Shown one piece after another: positions 58,342 to 64,000 of a DNA stretch of 64,000 bases. The DNA lies in assembly GCA_965203355.1 (NCBI GenBank), contig OZ241889.1:1024001-1088000 (forward strand). Reading direction: 5' to 3'. Made by a program: the position numbers and the translations under genes. This stretch comes from Candidatus Latescibacterota bacterium. GTDB lineage: Bacteria; Latescibacterota; UBA2968; UBA8231. The notes under the pieces are model-generated. The model saw nothing but the letters and a program-made list of their open reading frames with translations, was not told the origin of the DNA and did no database searches. Numbering within the stretch: the first letter of the stretch is position 1; each line of letters begins with the position of its first letter.

Positions 58342-60411
58342 TCAAAAACCCATTTTGCGTGAATGATTCGGCTTAGCTTCGCACTCGGCGCACAGCAATT
58401 CTGCGAGCGCCTTGGCGTCTTGCAGGTGGCCGAGGATTTCGGCTTTGCGGCGGACTACGGCGAAATCACCTGGGGTCAGAGTGGAGAGGTCGCCGATTGC
58501 AGGCGGAGCTTCGAGCGCGAAATAGGTGTGGAACGCCGCTTGCGACTGGTCGGGGGTGAGATAGTCGAGCGCGATTTTGAAGGTGAAGCGGCGCAAGGTG
58601 GCCGGGTCGAGGTTTTCGCCGAAGTTGGTCGTACAGGCAAACGGCAGGGGGTGGCTCTCCATCCAAGTCAGCATTTCGTTGACTTGGCTGACTTCCCAGG
58701 AACGCACGGCACCGCGGCGGTCGGCGAGCAGGGAGTCGGCCTCGTCAAAGACGAGAATAGACTTTTCGGCACGTGCTTCGGCAAAGGCCGCGGCGATTCG
58801 CTGTTCGGTTTCGCCGACCCACTTGGACAAGAGGTCAGAAGCCCGCTTGTGGGTGACTTGGAGGCCGAGGCGTTCGGCTAGGTAGCGGACGAATGCGCTC
58901 TTGCCGGTGCCGGGCGGACCTTGCAGGCAAAGAGAGAAGTTCTGGCCGCTGGTTTTTGCGAGGCGATCCGCGAGTTGGACCGGGTCGGTATCGGCTTGGA
59001 CTAGGGCGAGGTCGAATCGCTCAGGAGGCCCCTGATTTGCGGGGGGCTTCTCGCCCACAATCACTTTGGCCAAACTGCGGACGCCGAGGCGCACTGCGGT
59101 GAGGTCGCCGCCGCAGAGGCCGGCCGCGGCGATGGCCCCAGACGCTACGCCAGGTGTCACATCGAATTCCTTGGCGAGGGCGTGCGTATCCGCGTCTGTC
59201 GCCTTGATGTTGCGGCGCGCCAACTCCCGTTTCCAGATACGCGCCCTAACTTGGGGCGGCGGCTTGCGCAACTCTAGGGCAAAGGTCATGCGGCGTAGGA
59301 GGGTGGCACAGGTTTGCCTAGCGGAGTTTGAGGTCCACAGCGTGGGCACGGGTGCGCGTTCTAGCACCCGGTTTAGGAATACCTTGGAACCGCCGGAGTG
59401 GAGCGTGGAGTAGCGGCTTGGGGCAAAGGGTATCCAGCCTGGATCTGAAAGTAAGTCCTCCATTTCGTCGAAGAGCAGGATTGACCCACGGCCCGACGCT
59501 AGCAAGCGCTGGGTGAGCCGAAGTTCTCGAAGACGCTCTTCCCGGTCGAGCTCGCGAATTCGCTCGTTCTCTTCGCCGACAGTATAGAGGTTCGCTTCGA
59601 GCCGGGCGGCCAGCGTCTTGCAAAACTCGGTCTTGCCGGTTCCCGGCGGGCCGTACACCAAGATATTTACGCCCGGTGTGCCTGCATCCAGTGCGCCTTT
59701 GAGCATTTTTTCGATATGATTGCGTTCCTCTGCTACGTGATCGAAATCCGCCCACGCTAGCTCGCCCGGGGCCGCCGTGTCGAGCAGTAGGCGACACACG
59801 TCGAGATCGCTATCGCCTGGGGCGGAGACCAGCCGTAGCAGTCGCTTGGCGAAGCCGATATCTCCGTCGTTATCGACTGACACAAGCCCGAATTCCACAA
59901 GCGGTGCATCAGCCGCGAAGCGGGCGCGGAATGCACTGCCCGATAGGCCGAGCAGGCAGGGTAGGACCGGCTCCATGACATTGAAGAGTCGATGTCTGCG
60001 TATAGCTCGCAAAGAATCGCCCAAATCCTCAAAGATCGGCTGGGTTTCGCAGCGAATCCACAGCTCTACGAGCGCGAGGTCGGTCGGCGCGAGGTCCATT
60101 TCCCGCTCAAGCCGCTGGATTTGTCGCGCTATGCGGTCTTTTCGCGTCTTTTTACGAGCCGCTACGCACTTTTTGTACTCTTTTTCGATAACCTCCCGCA
60201 GGACCTTCCAATCCCGGGCGGACAATCTCTTTTTGTCACGGCAGTGCTTCCATAGGTCGCTCAGCACCTCGTTCCCGTCACCGAGCGCGAGGATGTTTTG
60301 GTTCTGGGCGAGCCAACTAGCTAATGCCGTCTGTTCGGGGATGTGGTGGAAGCGCGAGACGGCGTTGGAAAGGTAAAAGAGAAGAAGCTGTCGTTCGTAG
60401 GCGTTGAGCAT
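58342..60411 (-). CDS. Tandem double AAA+ ATPase (COG0464 SpoVK/Ycf46/Vps4-like) with uncharacterised N-terminal domain
   Basis: Walker A GPPGTGKT and GPPGTGKS; Walker B LLFDEMED and LVFDEADS; pore loop SKWVGETE; LRRF Arg finger; C-terminal MGF. Confidence 0.9.
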   Translation of the reverse strand: MLNAYERQLLLFYLSNAVSRFHHIPEQTALASWLAQNQNILALGDGNEVLSDLWKHCRDKKRLSARDWKVLREVIEKEYKKCVAARKKTRKDRIARQIQRLEREMDLAPTDLALVELWIRCETQPIFEDLGDSLRAIRRHRLFNVMEPVLPCLLGLSGSAFRARFAADAPLVEFGLVSVDNDGDIGFAKRLLRLVSAPGDSDLDVCRLLLDTAAPGELAWADFDHVAEERNHIEKMLKGALDAGTPGVNILVYGPPGTGKTEFCKTLAARLEANLYTVGEENERIRELDREERLRELRLTQRLLASGRGSILLFDEMEDLLSDPGWIPFAPSRYSTLHSGGSKVFLNRVLERAPVPTLWTSNSARQTCATLLRRMTFALELRKPPPQVRARIWKRELARRNIKATDADTHALAKEFDVTPGVASGAIAAAGLCGGDLTAVRLGVRSLAKVIVGEKPPANQGPPERFDLALVQADTDPVQLADRLAKTSGQNFSLCLQGPPGTGKSAFVRYLAERLGLQVTHKRASDLLSKWVGETEQRIAAAFAEARAEKSILVFDEADSLLADRRGAVRSWEVSQVNEMLTWMESHPLPFACTTNFGENLDPATLRRFTFKIALDYLTPDQSQAAFHTYFALEAPPAIGDLSTLTPGDFAVVRRKAEILGHLQDAKALAELLCAECEAKPNHSRKMGF

Positions 60412-60438
60412 GGTTTCTCCCTCGAAATGACGCGGTGC

Positions 60439-60909
60439 TTACTGCGATACTAAAATCGCTAGATCGACATCTACTCCATCAAAAAGCGACTCTATCGCAA
60501 TACTTAAGAGAACCCTGTTAGAATCTACGATTAGGAGAGAGCCTTCGCCGACGACGAGGAACGGCGTCTCCAACTCGTCCTGTTCGGGTATGATCGATAC
60601 CGCAGATATTATGAGATAGTCTAGCGGCATGTATGCTACTGCGTCCGGTCCGAGGTGGGTGAGTGCTGTCTTGAGATAAAGGGCTTGGAAGGTTGTGGGC
60701 GTTATCCGTTCATCCTCAATGAAAATATCGCCGTCCTCGTCATAGAGGGAACGGGATAGTTGCCGCTCGATGATGATTCCTCCTCTGGGCGGCCCGGTTT
60801 CTCCCTGTGGCCCTTGCGGTCCGGCTGGTCCCATCGGTCCGGCGGGACCTTCGCAGGCGACAAGGCCGAAGGCCAACATAGCTGCTAAAAAAGAAAAGCG
60901 AGTAAGCAT
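60439..60909 (-). CDS. Collagen-like lipoprotein
   Basis: RBS AAGGAGG; lipobox LVA-C; GPAGPMGPAGPQGPQGETGPP (7 Gly-X-Y triplets). Confidence 0.8.
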   Translation of the reverse strand: MLTRFSFLAAMLAFGLVACEGPAGPMGPAGPQGPQGETGPPRGGIIIERQLSRSLYDEDGDIFIEDERITPTTFQALYLKTALTHLGPDAVAYMPLDYLIISAVSIIPEQDELETPFLVVGEGSLLIVDSNRVLLSIAIESLFDGVDVDLAILVSQ

Positions 60910-60939
60910 TGCACACCTCCTTTTAGTTGTGGTAAAGGA

Positions 60940-60973
60940 AACTTATTTAGGAGGTGCGACAGATCACGTCGCA
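60940..60973 (-). promoter_or_regulatory. Putative WYL-regulator operator/promoter, copy 1
   Basis: Palindrome TGCGAC-agatcac-GTCGCA at 60955-60973, then 9 nt and TAAGTT (-10-like) on the minus strand, about 45 nt upstream of the operon's first ATG. Confidence 0.7.
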
Positions 60974-61262
60974 GACAGAAGTTTTTTTAGAAAAAGATCA
61001 ATTTTCGTCAAAATCGTCCGCCTGACTGCGCTTGCGGCACGGCAAGGGATTACCGGACGAATTTGCCGAGAGGAGGGGGCTTGGGGTGCGCTTTTGAGAA
61101 GCAGGTTGATAGGGCGGAATAAAGAAGAGCCGTACTCGTCGAGGCTACGGAGTTGGGGTTTTTGGGGCGGGCATGTTGTGCCACTGATACGTCTATATGC
61201 GATCGGTGGGGACTTCTTGGCTATGATGTATGCAAAGGATGAGTCATAGAGTCTCACCGCCA

Positions 61263-61448
61263 CTATTTGTCGAATGCCGTATCGAGCCCCTCGATTCCTG
61301 CGTGGATCAGCATGCGTACAAATTCTTGGCCATTAATCAAAGTGACGCCGTGTAAGTTGGCCTTCTTCTGGCAACACTCGGTAAAGTCTTTGCATGTCGA
61401 AACGACCCAAGAGACCTTGGAATATCCGTCGCTCTGTAATCCACTTAA
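61263..61448 (-). pseudogene. C-terminal remnant of an Mrr-like (type IV) restriction endonuclease
   Basis: Unannotated frame ..KVSWVVSTCKDFTECCQKKANLHGVTLINGQEFVRMLIHAGIEG..stop resembles the Mrr_cat C-terminus (T.s.FT..A....v.LI.G..l..l); an in-frame stop lies upstream and no catalytic N-half is present. Confidence 0.55.
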
Positions 61449-61479
61449 TTAAACGCAATCCGTCATCCATCTGACAGGA

Positions 61480-62469
61480 TCACGTCGCTCCTTCATCCAA
61501 TCCCAGCACCGCTCGCATCTCCTCCCGCACCGCCTCCCGCAATTCCTCCGGCTCCAGTACCTCAGCCACCGCCCCAAAGCTCAACACCCAACTCTTGATT
61601 TCGTAGAACCCCCCGGCCCGCAGTCGCAGCACCACCCGCCCGTCGTCCAACTCTTCCAATTCTTGGCTCGGATGCCAAATCCGTTCCCGTATGTACGGTG
61701 CTTGCTGCTCGGTGAACCGAATTGCCACATCCATTGGCTCCTCAAGCGAGACGCCGAACGCATTGCTTACCTGCTCATCAACCGACAGGTGATCCTGCGG
61801 CTCAAACTTCTCCTCGGTCACTTCTACCGACTCAAAGCGATCCACCGCCTGCGTGATGAGCTGGTCGTAGTAAGGCACCCGTGAGATTGCGTATAGACCG
61901 CCTCGGTGAGGCATGAGGCGCAGTGGTTCTATATGGTACTGCCGGGCACTCTCGGCCCGTGGCGCGCGGTAGCTCACCCAACAAACGCGGCGTTCCAATA
62001 TGGCGTCGTGCAGGTTCTCGAGTATCTCGCATACATCTTCATAAGGCTTGTACCCGCGGGTGAGTGGCACATACGCCTCTGCCGCACGCTCTAGGAATCG
62101 CCGCATTTCCGAGGGCATGGCCTGAGTCAGCCTGCGAATCGCCGACCGCAGGTGCGCGCCAAATGGGGTGCCTACCAACCCCATGCCCGCCTGCTCGGCG
62201 AAGATCATCGCCGTGATTTCCATGATCGGAAAGTTTAGTGGCAGCTCGGGGTCTTTCAGCAGTTGGTAATAGATGCGCCGATCGACTGGCAACTTTTTCA
62301 TCAGAAACCCTATCGCGCGCAGGTCTTCCAAATCGCGTTGTATGGTGCGTCTATTTACTTTGTACTCGTCCGCCAGCTCGGGAACGCTTATTCCGTAATG
62401 ACGCGCTTGCATCGTCCGCAGGATGTCCAGTTGTCGCACAATCTGCTTCATCGAATCAGCCTTTATCAT
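61480..62469 (-). CDS. WYL-domain transcriptional regulator (wHTH-WYL-WCX; PafB/C/DriD/BrxR-like)
   Basis: HTH ELADEYKVNRRTIQRDLEDL; WYL-like IEPLRL..GLYA..AVDRF; WCX IRERIWHPSQ..EIKSWVLSFG..EVLEPEELR. Confidence 0.92.
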   Translation of the reverse strand: MIKADSMKQIVRQLDILRTMQARHYGISVPELADEYKVNRRTIQRDLEDLRAIGFLMKKLPVDRRIYYQLLKDPELPLNFPIMEITAMIFAEQAGMGLVGTPFGAHLRSAIRRLTQAMPSEMRRFLERAAEAYVPLTRGYKPYEDVCEILENLHDAILERRVCWVSYRAPRAESARQYHIEPLRLMPHRGGLYAISRVPYYDQLITQAVDRFESVEVTEEKFEPQDHLSVDEQVSNAFGVSLEEPMDVAIRFTEQQAPYIRERIWHPSQELEELDDGRVVLRLRAGGFYEIKSWVLSFGAVAEVLEPEELREAVREEMRAVLGLDEGAT

Positions 62470-62552
62470 AGATGCGAAACTACATGTAGTTCGGGGCGAT
62501 GATTATGGCTTGACTAGCGTTTTCTAAGAAACCTTTTTGTCGCCTAAATCTC

Positions 62553-63245
62553 CTATCCCGCCGCCCGCGTCACCAAGTGCTCAAAGAGCTTCGACCAAAT
62601 CGTCCGCGGCATCCGCTCCGGGTGAAACTGCACGCCGATTAAGCGACCATCCGCGCTCTCAACCGCCTCCACGACGCCATCGCCGCTGCGCCCGCTGATG
62701 TCCAAGCCCGCGCCGGGCTGATCAATGGCTTGCAAGTGATACGAGTTGACCCGCGAAAGCCCGGCCTGGCCCAGCGCGGCCAGTATCGTGCCCGGCTCTA
62801 CTTGGAGATCGTGTTCGATGCGCTCGGCCTTGGCTCGTTGCGGCGAATGCGGCTCAACCCCGAGTTGGGCTTCCACGTCGGCCCAAATCGTACCGCCCAA
62901 CTCGGCGCTGATAAACTGCATTCCGTAGCAGATGCCCAAAACCGGCAACTGACGCTCTTGCGCGGCCGCAAAGCTCCAGCGGTCGGCTTGGGCGCGCTGG
63001 GCTGCCACGGGCGGTAGATCGCCGGGCAGGGTGCCGATCAGGCCGCGCTCAATGCCCGGGCCGCCGGTGATCAATAGACCGTCGATGCGCTCGAGGACCG
63101 CCTGTAGTGCCGTGCGCTCTGTCGTCATCGGCAGCACGAGCGGCGCACCGCCGGCCTGTGCAACCGCTTCTACGTAGTGATGATCGAGGGTTTGCTGGCC
63201 GTTGGCGTTTAGGCTGCTGGTGATGCCGATGAGCGGGCGGGGCAT
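62553..63245 (-). CDS. Peptidase C26 / gamma-glutamyl-GABA hydrolase (PuuD-like)
   Basis: PLIGIT, LLITGG, LGICYGMQ, VNSYHLQ, GVQFHPE. Confidence 0.9.
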   Translation of the reverse strand: MPRPLIGITSSLNANGQQTLDHHYVEAVAQAGGAPLVLPMTTERTALQAVLERIDGLLITGGPGIERGLIGTLPGDLPPVAAQRAQADRWSFAAAQERQLPVLGICYGMQFISAELGGTIWADVEAQLGVEPHSPQRAKAERIEHDLQVEPGTILAALGQAGLSRVNSYHLQAIDQPGAGLDISGRSGDGVVEAVESADGRLIGVQFHPERMPRTIWSKLFEHLVTRAAG

Positions 63246-64000
63246 CAGACGCCGGCCTTGAGCCTGGCGAAGGAGACTGTGTCGTCGAGCAGGGTCAAGG
63301 CCGCAAAGCTCTCGATGTCGGTGCGCGAGGCGTCGAGCCGGGCGATGGCCTTGAGCAAGAAGTTCTGCTGCCGATCGTTGCGCGGACTGGCGGTCAGGAG
63401 CCGTTGGTTAAATTCGGCCTGGTCTTCCACGCTCTTGTTGGCTAGCCGCTCGCCTAGCCATGCCACCATCGCTTCGTCGGTCCCGTTGGCCGCGATCGCT
63501 GCGGCAAAGGCGGCTTGGTCGAGGCCGAGAAAATCCAGCACGGCGCGGTCAAAACCCGAATCCTCGCCGCACCAGTACTCGCCTAGGCAATGGCAGTGCG
63601 CGGCGCGGAATTTGTCGATCATCCGCGCTAGGCAGGCCAAGCCGCCGACGCTCAGATCAAACGGGCTACGCGGCGGGTGTCGGCGCAAGTCCGTCAGCCC
63701 AAAGCTCAATTCGTCGTCGAGGTCTTGCAGGTCGAAAAAGCTCTGGATATCGGTACGCTCGGGCGCGATTTCGGCGCGGCGGGCGGCGAGCCGTTCGCGC
63801 ATCGGGTCGTAGTCGCCGGTGCTGGCATGAGCGGCGTCGAATAGGTCCGGGTGATATGAGTGATGGAGCGGGTGGGCCGGGTGGCGACCGACGTTAGCGC
63901 GGCAGGCGCTGAAGACGCTTTTTTCCGCGGCCGATTTCTGGCAGCGTTGGGCGATCCACTCGCTCAGCTCGTCGTCGTTGGGGTTTTCATAGGCCGCTTG
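63245..64000 (-). CDS. DUF5069-domain protein (multi-repeat; 5' end lies beyond the window)
   Basis: DLRRHPPRSP..GGLACLARMIDKFRA...LGEY..DSGFD..L.FLG; the frame stays open to the window edge and includes the end of a preceding repeat (NPNDDELSEW). Confidence 0.75.
   Translation of the reverse strand, partial: QAAYENPNDDELSEWIAQRCQKSAAEKSVFSACRANVGRHPAHPLHHSYHPDLFDAAHASTGDYDPMRERLAARRAEIAPERTDIQSFFDLQDLDDELSFGLTDLRRHPPRSPFDLSVGGLACLARMIDKFRAAHCHCLGEYWCGEDSGFDRAVLDFLGLDQAAFAAAIAANGTDEAMVAWLGERLANKSVEDQAEFNQRLLTASPRNDRQQNFLLKAIARLDASRTDIESFAALTLLDDTVSFARLKAGV

Noticed and set aside
58342-60411. AAA ATPase as FtsH, CDC48 or a contractile-injection-system ATPase
   Set aside because: No TM segment or HExxH protease domain, no recognisable CDC48 N-domain, and no tail or baseplate genes nearby.
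60964-61263. 99-aa minus-strand ORF between the Mrr remnant and the operator
   Set aside because: No RBS or recognisable motif, and it runs over the operator; probably spurious or decayed sequence.
61472-61488. Third operator-like sequence tgacaggatcacgtcgc at the WYL stop codon
   Set aside because: The left half-site is degenerate, the spacer is 8 nt and no TAAGTT follows at the conserved distance; it may be chance or a decayed copy.
60974-62541. Weak inverted similarity (gacagaagtttttttagaaaa vs ttttctaagaaacctttttgtc) flanking the WYL gene as possible IS ends
   Set aside because: Low-complexity and imperfect; no transposase and no target-site duplication seen.

Overview
GC-rich bacterial chromosomal window with about 60 genes. 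Most are housekeeping: prpB/prpC, purA, serA, engB-clpX-clpP-tig, tRNA-Leu(TAG), alpha2-type glyS, recO, proB/proC, hisF/hisH, carA, aroC, PPK2, ggt, a Pot-type ABC transporter, hemA-ccsA, moeA and an anaerobic sulfatase maturase. Scattered among them are eukaryote-like or secreted proteins (ankyrin lipoprotein, SWIB, GPP34/GOLPH3, collagen-like lipoprotein, FlgD/'PNPFN' C-terminal domains) and several frameshifted or deleted gene remnants. This content would fit a Latescibacterota/Gemmatimonadota-like, possibly host-associated organism, but that is inference only. The best candidate for an undescribed system is the accessory island at about 55-62.5 kb. An HTH-WYL-WCX regulator lies upstream of an Mrr-like nuclease remnant and an operon for a collagen-like lipoprotein, a tandem double-AAA+ ATPase and an ADP-ribosylglycohydrolase. 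That operon is bracketed by two copies of one promoter module, a TGCGAC-N7-GTCGCA palindrome followed after 9 nt by TAAGTT, which resembles a DriD-type WYL activator site. The second copy points at a toxin-antitoxin locus on the opposite strand. A second candidate (39.5-48.8 kb) has two heme-c (CxxCH) plus PHM-type copper-monooxygenase-like lipoproteins around an ECF sigma/anti-sigma module, with a redoxin, a beta-barrel and hemA-ccsA. All family calls come from motif recognition by eye; no database searches were run.
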